Assembly: GCA_002269645.1 (NCBI GenBank) | Contig: NIVC01001568.1 | Location: forward strand, 203,401 to 267,400 | Source: Macrostomum lignano | Lineage: Eukaryota | Reading direction: 5' to 3' | Length of the DNA stretch: 64,000 nucleotides | Shown here: positions 1 to 11,502 of the stretch, one piece after another | Layout: each line of letters opens with the position of its first letter | Numbering within the stretch: the stretch's first letter is position 1 | The notes under the pieces: generated by a model | What the model saw: the letters and a program-made list of their open reading frames with translations, nothing else | Told to the model about the DNA's origin: nothing | Databases searched by the model: none | Made by a program: the position numbers and the translations under genes

Positions 1-382
1 TGCTTTTAATCATTAAGAAAAAATTTTTGTAGAAAATTTATTAGAATGTTAGAAGACTATTTTATTATTTAGATATCATAAACTTCATAAACTAAGGCAC
101 CAAAAAGCAATCTGGGGTACCAAAATGTCAGGAACCAAAAAGCATGGAAACCTGCTAAATGCTCAAACCATGCCACCATGAACTAGAAACTATAGCCTAT
201 ATTTTGTGGACCCAAATGACCTAACAATCTACACTAACACTTAGAGGTCTTAGGCTCATATCAAGGAAAAGTTTAGGGCCATGCATGGCACCTTAGATGT
301 TCTCTTTGAGCGCCACCTCAACAAATATCTACGGCTTTGTCTGTTTCTAGAAGAGGTCTTCAAAAACTTCTTGTACCCAGTA

Positions 383-928
383 GGAATCCAGTCCATTTCG
401 GCGACAAACCATTTCAGTGACACCCATTTCGGCGACAGGTCAATTCAGCAACAACCATTTTGGCAACAATTCTTAAATAGGATTTTGAATGTTTTTTATC
501 TCATAGAACTTTATCTTATCTCATATCTCATAGTCCTCTACAAGCTTTTTTCTTGTCATTTCTTAAAACATTAATTTCTTATTAGGCCCCCCTATAATTC
601 ATTTGTTTTACTGTACTTTTGGTATCTAAACTAAATGTCCATCAGTGTCCAGGTTTTATAGGCCTACTGTCTAAAGTGTTGATTAGGTTTTATATTAAAA
701 ATTTTAACATAGTTTTAACAAAGCTTTTAAAGTTTAATGTAAAGTTTTACACTATAATTTGTTTTAACAACATTTAAACAAAGGGTGTTAATTTGTATAA
801 GTTCTGAAATTTTTTGTTGCTATGAGATAAAAAAACATTAAAAGTCCTATTTAAGAATTGTCGCCAAATTGACCTGTCACTAAAATGGGTGTCGCCAAAA
901 TGGTTTGTTGCCAAAATGGACAGGTACC
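383..928. mobile_element. Non-autonomous DNA transposon (MITE), ~546 bp, with ~125-bp imperfect terminal inverted repeats
   Basis: 383-515 (GG..GTCCATTTCGGCGACAAACCATTT...TTCTTAAATAGGA...TTATCTCATAG) is the reverse complement of ~815-928. AGTA flanks both ends (379-382, 929-932), a candidate 4-bp TSD. No coding capacity. Confidence 0.7.
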
Positions 929-2802
929 AGTAGCTCACTATTTTTATTATTAATTGATTTAACACTTACCCGACACTTATAATATGCCTGCTGCTACTCA
1001 TATTCCACCTGGTATGACCATCTCTGTGTGAAAAAAAACTGAAAAAATTAACATAGCAAACTAGGAGATAGACAAAAAGTTAGGCCTATGGCTATATCAA
1101 AATAGCCTAGTAGGCCTAAAGTAAAAAACATTTTTGCAAAAATGATCACAGTGACAGTGTCTAGTAAGAAAAATGCAACAGAAAAAAATTAAGATACAAA
1201 ATTATTAATTGTTCCCTCCCTTTTTAATTTTGTTTTCGTTTTTGTTGGTGGCAATTTTTGTGGCTATTCAACTTTTGCTCTTTGGCTTTGGCTCTTAGTC
1301 TAGAGCAAACTAATAATCCATATTAGATCATAATCCATATTAAGCTTAAGCTTAATAGGCCTAACTGTCACTGACAACCACAGATTTAGTTAGTTGTAGG
1401 TTTATGATATGTTGTAGCATCTTATCAGTAATGTTGAAACTAACCACGCGCACGTCGACTGGTAATTATGTAAACGTAACTATTTAATTTAACAAGTCTA
1501 TCCTCAGCTCAAGATATAATTTTTGTACGTGCGATCCGATGATGGTCAGCATTTTGCTTTTTTTAAAAATTTAATCAATTTAACAAAATAAATGTTTGGC
1601 TCTCTTAATTTAAAAAAAAAATGTACTTAACTAGATTTTTTGAAAGAGAAATTAATTAAATAAATTATTCACAGTTGTTTTTATATTAACTAATTACCAA
1701 TTGCCGATTACATTTATTCATTTTTTAATTGAACCACCACAAATGCCTACCTAAAGCTTTGCTTTAAATGCCCTTTTTCTGGTTACTTCTTTTTTAAAAA
1801 TATATTTTATTTTTAAATGCCTAATATTGCCAGCAATCCTTATATACTGGTATATTATTTATTATTGATAGGTTAATATACTTGAACTACCTATTTGAAT
1901 CATGTTTTGAATGAATCGCTTTCTATCAAGTTCATACAGTACCTGTCATACAGTATCCCTACTTAATACCTTGTCATTTGTTGTTAGTCGTTGTTAGTCG
2001 TTAAAGTTCGATAATACCGTTAAAAAAATTTACAGATGCGTTTTCAATCATAGTTTTTTTACAAATTATTACATGTAAATACACTGCCTTTTATTGGCCA
2101 AACAGGCTCCCAGCCTGAGCCTAACTTACCAACTTACTTACACGCGTTTCAGGTTTACTGATGTAAACTTTTAATACTTTTTCGCAATTCGAAAATCAGC
2201 GGTTCCACGCACGCGTGCCGGGTATTCTGATGTTACATGTATATCCAATAAAAAAGTGTGCAGGTGGTCCCTACATGTAAATAATTTATGCGAATGATGC
2301 TAAAAAATATCCTAGCTAATTTTTTTTACACTAATTCACGACGGACGACAGCCTACAGTTTCGTGAGGCAGATTTAAGTCTTTGCACAGTCTACGGTGAC
2401 AGTGTGCACCATTGCTTGTGCACCAGTCCATCTTATAAGAAATCATTATGTTAAGCATGCAAATTAAGAGCCAGACTGGCGCTTTGGCGCGGTCACAGGC
2501 AGTTAAGCGGCTAAAGTAAGCTAAATATTAGTCTAACGATCTCCGAAAGTGATCGCAATGCATCTACATCATCGCTATCCGTCGACGCGTTAACACATTT
2601 AGTGCCAAAAGCGTGCAGTTATGTGTACTTTTACATGTACTTCTGGGAATTTGGTAATGAAATAGTACATTTAGTAGTGTATGAAGGCTCGCCAGCGCAA
2701 GAACCCTCTGCAAAAGTCCTCTCTGTCCCTGCATGGCCAATGCGACCTTAGCCCCAGTCCCTAAAGCAAGTTGAAGCAAGTTGAAGCAACATGTTTTGTA
2801 AG

Positions 2803-2975
2803 TTATATCAAAATAAGAGCTTTGTATCTGCTTCCAATAAAAAGCTATCACACCATTTTAAATTGAAAAAAGTGAAAAGTTCCTATCTCGCTAGTGCATT
2901 TTTCCGTGAAAATCAGCCTTTAATAAATTTTCCAAGAAACGAAGTGTCCCGTCCTTCTTCTTCTAGTGGTCCTTG
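2803..2975 (+). repeat. Dispersed AT-rich repeat, copy A
   Basis: Visibly colinear with 3909-4075 (ATCTGCTTCC...TAGTG.ATTTTTC...AAGAAACGA.G..TCCCGTCCTT). Confidence 0.6.
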
Positions 2976-3854
2976 ATTTCAAAGAGCAGGACGATTAGCA
3001 AAAGTTCAAATGCCATAGACAAATGTACAGCATTGAAAAATCACTTATGGCACACACAAGCGAAATAGCTGGAGCAGGCTTTAACCACTCTTCAACTCTT
3101 GTTATAATACGTCGATCTTGACGAAATTGATTTGCCGTTCGACCAATTATTTATGGATATGGAGTCAGCTCATGCGACAAGAGTCAATAGCTATGACACA
3201 CCCTGCGAGACCGCTTGGTAATAAAACTGACGGCTGAAGATCTACAACGACATCTGGACGACACCTGGAAGGCTTGACTAATGGCTGAGAATCCTCAGTG
3301 ATGGCGCTGCCCCTAGAACTGATTCGTCTTGTTGTCTCCAGCTCTCAACAGATTGACGTTCGCGTTGAACCTCTTGGATCGACAGGTCAGGATACTGTAC
3401 CACCTGCTGAAAAAAACAAAAGGTTCTATCGAGGTGGAGATTGCATGACGGTGAGAGGGTTGTAAGGTTTTTTTAAGTGATTGTAGTAAAAAATTCAATG
3501 AACTTTGTTTGAAGCTAATTGATCAAACTGTTATTTGCTTTATCTTGTTTATTTGCTATTTTGTACTAAATATATTTGCCATCGTGAAGACACTTTTGTT
3601 TTACGTTTTTACGGCCCAGTGCATGTATCAAGGTACCAATGTACCTAAAATCACAAAAATGCATGACACAGCTCCAATATTTGGTTTTATGAATCTATTT
3701 TATCATCTCTGTTACGAATATTTGCTACACAGTCAGTTAAGAATGAAAAAATAGATTCATAAAACCAAAGAGCCGAGCCGTGGCATTCTAATGTATTTCA
3801 AGCACAAGACACGTGAAAATATACGTAGAATAAAAAATTAACATAGAATCCTAA

Positions 3855-4075
3855 TTTTCTGAACGAAAAGCTTTATAAATATCGATAGAGCAATAAAAAA
3901 GGGACAGCATATCAAAAGATAAACACTGGATCTGCTTCCTATCAAAAGTAATAGCAATTTTTGTGCTGAAAAAATGAAAATTTCCCATCTCCGTAGTGTA
4001 TTTTTCGGGAAAAAGTGCCTTCAAAAATTTTCTAAGAAACGAGGTTTCCCGTCCTTTTACTTAAGTCGTCCTTGG
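3855..4075 (+). repeat. Dispersed AT-rich repeat, copy B
   Basis: Similar to 2803-2975 and, on the opposite strand, to 13860-13990. Confidence 0.6.
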
Positions 4076-4084
4076 CATGTATAA

Positions 4085-4325
4085 CAACAAGCCCATTATC
4101 TAAATAATGGTCCTGACAGCAAGCCCATTTTCTAGTTAATGTTCCAGTGATGCTTGAGTGTGGCCATGACAAGCCCATTTTCTAGTTAATGGTCCAGCGA
4201 TACTTGAGTGTGGCCATAGACAAGTCCATTTAGTTAATGGTCCAGTGATACTTGAGTGTGGCCATAGACAAGCCATTTAGTTAATGGTCCAGTGATACTT
4301 GAGTGTGGCCATAGACAAGCCCATT
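4085..4325. repeat. Tandem repeat, ~47-51 bp unit (CAAGCCCATTT..AGTTAATGGTCCAGTGATACTTGAGTGTGGCCATAGA), about 4-5 copies
   Basis: Direct repetition visible. Confidence 0.9.
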
Positions 4326-4985
4326 CCCGAAAAATAGGCGGACGTACCATATTACAAGCTTTTGGCGTAAGTGGAGTTTACTTACGAAGAAACGTGCAAT
4401 TTTGGTTTTGAAATAACTGTTGAAGGGCATTTTTAATGAGTAGTGTGCGATGCCCTTTTGAAATTTTGGTAACAATTTTTCCATGATAACTACGAGAGGG
4501 TACATGTACACACCTGCAAAATTGCTTGAGAATTCCGAAAAACACCCACGTAAAATGCCTCGAGATTACACTACTACATTTCAATACATTTTGAATTGTT
4601 CCAATCCTACGGCGCAAATGCAAATAATTCGTTTAAATAATTCCACACGAGTGCTAGGTAGTAGTTTCCTCGACGCTTCAAAAAATTGCTTCCCTAGCTG
4701 AAAATCGTCGTCGATCGTTGAAACTTTTGAGTGGAAGAGAATTGTTTGCATGGTTTTAATGGTTGCTGTCAAATACATGTTTGCATATCTAGCTGTAGAA
4801 AGATGGGAGCGGCAATGTATATATGGTAGAAGCGGATGATGCTGCAAAAAACGAAGTACAGTATACCACACGAATTCGGAATACTGCTAAAATATATACT
4901 GTCATACTGAGGAGTACGCTCGTATACGGCGACTGTAGAATTCACCCTGCTAAAGTTAGACAGAAGCTTTAATTATTGAGTCACA

Positions 4986-5729
4986 ATGTCCAAGAAGGCC
5001 TTCGCTGTGCTTTTTCTAATCCTACATGCATCAGCGAATTCCACTGCTAGGCTGCAGCAGTATCAGGGTGTGCAGAATGGCAGCCTCTGCATCAATGCCC
5101 GATTCGTCGAAGTTCATCCAGATGAAAGTGGCGAAATTGGCTGCGCTGCGATTTGCAGCTCCGTGCCCCGCTGTCAGGCCTTCACCACTGCCGACGGGCC
5201 GTGCCAGCTGTTCGTGTTCGACAAGTGCAGCAGGTCGGTGCGGGACTGCAGCTGCGTCAAGAGAGGCCGCCTGTTTGTGAAGCGGCAGCCGGGACTCACG
5301 GCGGGCACGCTGTGCCCCACCGGCTACGGTGACGAGCGGTGCGGAGTGAAGTACAGAATGCTGATGGGTTCCGGCGTGTGGACCGCGCAGAGAAAGGTAT
5401 GCGAGTTCGACGGTGAGCTGACCACGATGGCCGACGTGATCGACAGCGCGGAGATGAGCCACGTGAACTACCTATTCGCTAAGCACGGATCGAGGGGATT
5501 TTACCTTGGCGGCTGGCAGGTGCCAGGCAGCGACGAGCCGGCAGGCGGATGGGTCTGGGCCGGCTGCAACACCACTATCGACGGCACTCTTTGGGTCCCC
5601 GGCGAGCCCAACAACGGAGTGGCTAACGAGAACGCCATCATGCGCGTTGTGCCTTACTCTAAGCTGGTCGACGTCACAGGTTTCCTCGTCAGGAGAGCTC
5701 TGTGCGAATGCGTGTCTCCATTCGATTGA
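4986..5729 (+). CDS. Secreted PAN/Apple-domain + C-type lectin-domain protein, single exon, 247 aa
   Basis: Hydrophobic signal peptide. PAN-like C..CAAICSSVPRCQAF...CQL. CTLD hallmarks W..A...C, FYLGG (WIG motif), WVW, W.PGEPNN and terminal LCEC. GC-rich codon usage. Confidence 0.8.
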   Translation: MSKKAFAVLFLILHASANSTARLQQYQGVQNGSLCINARFVEVHPDESGEIGCAAICSSVPRCQAFTTADGPCQLFVFDKCSRSVRDCSCVKRGRLFVKRQPGLTAGTLCPTGYGDERCGVKYRMLMGSGVWTAQRKVCEFDGELTTMADVIDSAEMSHVNYLFAKHGSRGFYLGGWQVPGSDEPAGGWVWAGCNTTIDGTLWVPGEPNNGVANENAIMRVVPYSKLVDVTGFLVRRALCECVSPFD

Positions 5730-6109
5730 CTTGGAGCGGTCTCTGTGCTGGAAAAAACAGAACTTTAAAACGCATAGTTTGCAGATTGATTGATGCGACG
5801 TCTTGCTAAATGCTGCCGTATAAGCGGTCATATTTTACAGCAGCCTCTTAATTATTAAGCAAGAAAGACCAATACTGAAAATTAAAATGTGAAGGACACT
5901 ACTTTAAGTACAATGGCATTCGACTCTAATATTTTTAACGGATTTTTACACCAGTCACCGTTCCTGCAGTCTGTTTCCACACCAGAATTGGCCCTGCAGT
6001 CGGCGACTCCAGCTGGCAGCCTTTCAGTTCATCCGTGCCAAGTCGTACTGCGCTTTCAGGCGGTTTCAAAAGGTGCCGCTGTGGCTGACGCTAACGTTTC
6101 GTCGACTGC

Positions 6110-7135
6110 CCGCCCTCGATTCTGTCACCCCAGAGTGCCCGCCCCTGAGTCTGTCACCCCAAGACTGGCCGCCCCTGAGTCTGTCACCCCAGAGTGCCCG
6201 CCCCTGAGTCTGTCACCCCAGACTGGCCGCCCATGGGTCTGTCACCCCAGACTGGCCGCCCCTGAATCTGTCACCCCAGAGTGCCCGCCTCTGAGTCTGT
6301 CACCCCAAGACTGGCCGCCCCTGAGTCTGTCACCCCAGAGTGCCCGCCCATGGGTCTGTCACCCCAGACTGGCCGCCCCTGAATCTGTCACCCCAGAGTG
6401 CCCGCCTCTGAGTCTGTCACCCCAAGACTGGCCGCCCCTGAGTCTGTCGCCCCAGACTGCCCGCCCCTGAGTCTGTCACTCCAAGACTGGCCGCCCCTGA
6501 GCCTGTCACCCCAGAGTGCCCGCCCCTGAGTCTGTCACCCCAAGACTGCCCGCCCCTGAGTCTGTCGCCCCAGAGTGCCCGCCTCTGAGTCTGTCACCCC
6601 AAGACTGGCCGCCCCTGAGTCTGTCGCCCCAGACTGCCCGCCCCTGAGTCTGTCACCCCAGACTGCCCGCCCATGGGTCTGTCACCCCAGACTGCCCGCC
6701 CATGGGTCTGTCACCCCAGACTTCCCGCCCATGAGTCTGTCACCCCAGAGTGCCCGCCCCTAAGTCTGTCACCCCAGACTGCCCGCCCATGGGTCTGTCA
6801 CCCCAGACTGCCCGCCCATGGGTCTGTCACCCCAGACTTCCCGCCCATGAGTCTGTCACCCCAGAGTGCCCGCCCCTAAGTCTGTCACCCCAGACTTCCC
6901 GCCCCTGAGTCTGTCACCCCAGACTGTCCACCCCTGAGTCTGTCACCCCAGACTGTCCACCCCTGAGTCTGTCACCCCAGACTTCCCGCCCCTGAGTCTG
7001 TCACCCCAGACTGTCCACCCCTGAGTCTGTCACCCCAGACTGTCCACCCCTGAGTCTGTCACCCCAGACTGTCCACCCCTGAGTCTGTGACCCCAGACTG
7101 TCCACCTCTGAGTCTGTCATCCCAGACTGTCCAGG
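6110..7135. repeat. Minisatellite, 29-30 bp unit CTGAGTCTGTCACCCCAGA(G/C)TGCCCGCCC
   Basis: About 1 kb of direct tandem copies with variant blocks. Confidence 0.95.
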
Positions 7136-7749
7136 CCCCTGTTCGTGCCCAGCTTATGGAGCCGCTAAGAGCAGCTGGAGTATCTTTAGTATAACAATAC
7201 AACCCATATCCTATTGGTTGAATGTTTTTAACAGAAAAAAGCAATCTGAAGGATCACGGCCAAAAATTATCCATCCGATAACGATGCAAAATTTGTAGTT
7301 GCCATGCATTTAATATTACCCACTTAGCATTTGCGTAGCAGCGTCTTGAACCAAGCTCGCTAAGACTCTTCAACGTGAATTTTTTATTCATTCTGACATT
7401 CGCGTGAGGACTATCTTTTAGCTTTGCGAATCTGATCATCAAAGTGCTTCATGCTTAATTTGCGTGAACATGATGAAGAGAATACTCGATCACGCGTTCC
7501 CACGCCCAGCTATGTTCTTCTCAAGATATTGACTCATTTCTGCTCAGCAACGGGTCAGAGTTGACCTCCGCTGACTCAAAACTGCCTGGAAAATGGGTCC
7601 AGAGATTCGGGAGTTTGGCTTTAACCTTAATCTTTGACTTTAAAATTTTAAATCTCAGCAATAAAAATTTGCTAGTTTAGGAAGGAGCAAAGAAAGCTTT
7701 ATCAACAGTTTAGACTAAATATGTCTGTTTGAAATTCTTCCAGGTGCCA

Positions 7750-8010
7750 GGTGATATACCTATGTCAAACATGTGAGATACCAATGTCAAACATGGGAGA
7801 TACCTATGTCAAACAGGTGGCATACATGTCTCAAACAGGTGAGATACATGAGTCAAACAGGTGGCATACATGAGTCAAACAGGTGGTATACATGAGTCAA
7901 ACAGGTGAGATACATGAGTCAAACAGGTGAGATACATGAGTCAAACAGGTGAGATACATGAATCAAATAGGTGGTATACATGAGTCAAACAAGTGACATA
8001 CGTGAGTCAG
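7750..8010. repeat. Minisatellite, 22-bp unit AAACAGGTGAGATACATGAGTC
   Basis: Direct tandem copies. Confidence 0.9.
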
Positions 8011-9050
8011 AGTGTGTAACGAGTTTAAAACGATTCAAGCCAGTTTATCTCTCCCATGCGTGTAAGTTAGTCCAGGCTCGTACCGAAAGAGAACATTGAT
8101 AGCAGTCCAAGTTTCTTAGTTCAGTTCTCATCTCAAGCCAGACAGACATCGAAGTCCTAAGGGAGTTTTTTATTTTTTGCTAAGCATTTTTGGAGCAGAG
8201 CGCCCTGTCAGTCACGGCCGACATGATACAAGGGCCGCAGACTGACAGGAAGTCGGTCGCAAATTGAATCGAGTTTTGCCATTAGAGGCAGCCTGCCACA
8301 TCCGGTGCCGTCCATGCTGGTCATTGGCCAGTCTTAGGGAGCCGCCAAGTCTTCCCTTGTTCCCCAGCTCTATTCATCTTTCTCCTCAGGTAAAACCTCG
8401 CGCAGGAAATGCGCAGATCTGTGAATTATTCGCGCATCTGCCGATGAGTGCCAGCCGGCCTGTTGATCTGACGTCGCATCTTGAAGACTCTCGCAGTGCA
8501 CCTGCCAGCCATCACATTCTAAGGCATTCGAGGTACATTTAGCTCGTAGTAACCATTTGCTGCAGTACGTCATTAGCTGTCGTTTTCAGTCAAATCTCTC
8601 CAGAATACAAGCATTTTTTCTTTCTTTGAATTCCCTATTGATGAAATTTTGTTAACTCTGGCTCAACATTTTGTCCGGAATCTGGTGTGCCCGTTGAGTG
8701 ACTAGTACGAAAAACTGCGCCCGCCAGCAAATCGACGCATTTGAGGGGAGAAAAAACAATCCAAGCCGCTTCATCGGAGACTTTCCTATTTTGACATGTC
8801 CGAAATTCGGGAGGGGAGGGCGGGTGCGCTGAGCTGCCTTTTGGCGGACCCGAGCTCCTCATGCAGTCTGGAGAAATATCCCAAAACAGCGCGGTTCCCT
8901 CTGGCGGGCTTAGCAGTCACTCCGGGAGGGCGGGCTTGTAGCAATCCTGCCAGGAGCTTACACACCGCTTCCCGGCCGCAGGAGCTAAAATCCGGACCAA
9001 ATCTGGGTCGAGCAAACTTCCACCTGCATTGCAGACAAGTTGCCCGCGTC

Positions 9051-9070
9051 TCTATATAAGAACTCAGCAG
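9051..9070 (+). promoter_or_regulatory. Candidate TATA box of the neuropeptide gene
   Basis: TCTATATAAG ~260 bp upstream of ATG 9313. A possible 5'UTR intron lies at 9189-9269 (AAG|GTAATT...TACAG). Positional inference only. Confidence 0.4.
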
Positions 9071-9312
9071 AGCGGCCGTCTCAGCCGCCTTTTTCGGTCG
9101 AGAGAGAAGCAATTAGCGTAGTCGCTTGAAGGTCTCCGCCTGCCCGGGCTCCACAAACGCACTGACACACTTAGAAGAGAACGCCAAGGTAATTAATAGC
9201 TTTCAAATCTTCTTTCCTTCTTTGCATGTTTTCAATTCAGTTCTCTACGTGTTGAATTATCCTGTACAGTACGAGCGTAACTGCTTCGTAACAACTTAGA
9301 GCCGGATCTGCC

Positions 9313-10237
9313 ATGGTGCATCCAACAAAAAGCCTGCTGATTGTCGCTGCCTGCCTTGCCGTCGCTTACGGATCCAAGGTGAGCAGGTTAACCAGCTCGT
9401 CAATGAGTTCACTGAGAAGAAAATTGTGCACGAAACTTCGTCTCAAACTTTCAGGCTGCCGGTGGTCACGACGTTGACAAGAAGAGCAAAGGCTTTGAAA
9501 AAAGGTCAAATCCTCTCGTCGACTCCGGCCCGAACTATGAGTACGCCAGCCTTCAACATCCGTACGGCATGAAACGCTTTGACCCACTGTACGGCATGAA
9601 GCGCTTTGACCCACTGTACGGCATGAAGCGATTCGACCCACTGTCCGGCATGAAGCGCTTTGACCCACTGTACGGCATGAAGCGCTTTGACCCACTGTAC
9701 GGCATGAAGCGCTTTGACCCACTGTACGGCATGAAGCGCTTTGACCCACTGTACGGCATGAAGCGATTCGACCCACTGTCCGGCATGAAGCGCTTTGACC
9801 CACTGTACGGCATGAAGCGCTTTGACCCACTGTACGGCATGAAGCGCTTTGACCCACTGTACGGCATGAAGCGCTTTGACCCACTGTACGGCATGAAGCG
9901 CTTTGACCCACTGTACGGCATGAAGCGATTCGACCCACTGTCCGGCATGAAGCGCTTTGACCCACTGTACGGCATGAAGCGCTTTGACCCACTGTACGGC
10001 ATGAAGCGCTTTGACCCACTGTACGGCATGAAGCGCTTTGACCCACTGTACGGCATGAAGCGCTTCGACCCACTGTCCGGCATGAAGCGACTCGACCCTC
10101 TGTCCGGTATGAAGCGCTTTGACCCACTGTCCGGTATGAAGCGTTTTGATCCTCTGTCCGGCATGAAGCGTTTTGATCCTCTGTCCGGCATGAAGCGTTT
10201 TGACCCTCTGGCCAGCATGAAGCGGTCAAAGAATTGA
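9313..10237 (+). CDS. Neuropeptide precursor (282 aa), exons 9313-9378 and 9455-10237; 24 KR-flanked heptapeptides
   Basis: ATG 9313 encodes a signal peptide MVHPTKSLLIVAACLAVAYGS. A 76-nt intron AAG|GTGAGC...TTTCAG joins it in frame to the repeat ORF. Products: 15x FDPLYGM, 7x FDPLSGM, 1x LDPLSGM, 1x FDPLASM, each between KR dibasic sites. AATAAA at 10257. Confidence 0.9.
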
Positions 10238-11502
10238 CGAAAAACAGTCAATAACTAATAAAAAACGAATACTTGACCAGCATATAGTGTTTCCGTGTGT
10301 CCTAGGAACTTTCCACTCAAATAGACACGAGGTTAGCATCGCTTCATTCATGATGAATGTCTCAGAAGACTGGAATGCTTGTTGCTAATGACACGGGAGT
10401 TTTTTCTGAGTTCTTTTGTCTCTACCAGCTGGAAGCAACCTAGTTGTGTTCTGTACTTTTGCGGTGCAAGGGCAACCCGCTCTTCGTCCCGCATGAGGAA
10501 GTGCACCATCATTTATTTTTGTTTTCGGCCTAACTTTGGCGTGTAGGCTGCGGGATGAGGGTCGTTCGACTGGGGATTGATTGGCTGGGCTCTTTCTGCG
10601 GTGTGATTGGCTGACGTAAGGTTGGGCCGGTCGGGAGAGACTGTGGGTGGGGTGGTGAGCTTGAGGGCTTGCAGCCTCCCCCCCCCCGACGCGAGCGCCT
10701 GCTACGAGGCGAGGTAGTTTCGCTGCTACTTGCGTCGCCACTCGACGTAAGGACGGTCTCTTATTGCGAAGGCCCAATCCTTTGCGTGTCAGTTAAATAC
10801 TTGTGTATTTAAAAAACACAACACAGTTACAGTTACATACCGGCCCACTCACGTCAGCTACTGCTGCCAAGAAAGTGAGTTCGTAGCTACTTTGTCTTCT
10901 TTTTTCAGTTTGGTTGCCAATGGGACAGTTAAAGGTCCGTCCGTGTGTCCCGACGCCGACTCAGTTTAGGCTACGTAAGCATACCGCACATGTCTGTGAT
11001 TGTACGCCAGCCTGTGCGTCCTGAGGCCTCAGCCACAGGTGGTTGGAGTTCAGCCCCGGCGTCCTCAGGTGAGCATCGACCACACGAGAGCATTCTGACG
11101 CCCCAGATTTCAGGAAGCCTCGAGCAGTCGCATCCTGACTTTAGCAATTTTTTAGCATGTTCGTATAAAAGACATTTATTAAAACCAATAGCAGCTACAG
11201 ATTACGCAGAGGGGAAACTTATTAAATAGACTGAAAAGGTAGACATATAGGTGTTTCCTACAATGCTATTGCAGAGCTTAGATTTCTAATTATTAATTAA
11301 AAACAACTAAAGTACAAGGGGACAACTATTGAGTCAATATCAGATACGAGCGTAGCACAGCGGGTGCGAAATCAAACGATTGATCTATGAACAGTCGTAA
11401 GCACTCTGAATATTTGGAATTAATCGAAAATCAATAATAGTGAAAAATTTTAACAAAAGCTTCGAATCGTTTATGAAAAATTTATAAATAGAGTCTGCTG
11501 AT

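Noticed and set aside
5889-6879. Pro-rich ORFs
   Set aside because: They are translations of the 29-bp minisatellite.
9379-9570. Open third frame (EQVNQLVNEF...) through the proposed neuropeptide intron
   Set aside because: It is not in frame with either the ATG or the peptide repeats; the GT-AG intron explains the gene without indels.
9366-10251. Long antisense ORFs (ASCRTVGQS and FMPYSGSKR repeats)
   Set aside because: They are shadows of the 27-bp sense repeat; the sense frame has a signal peptide and KR sites.
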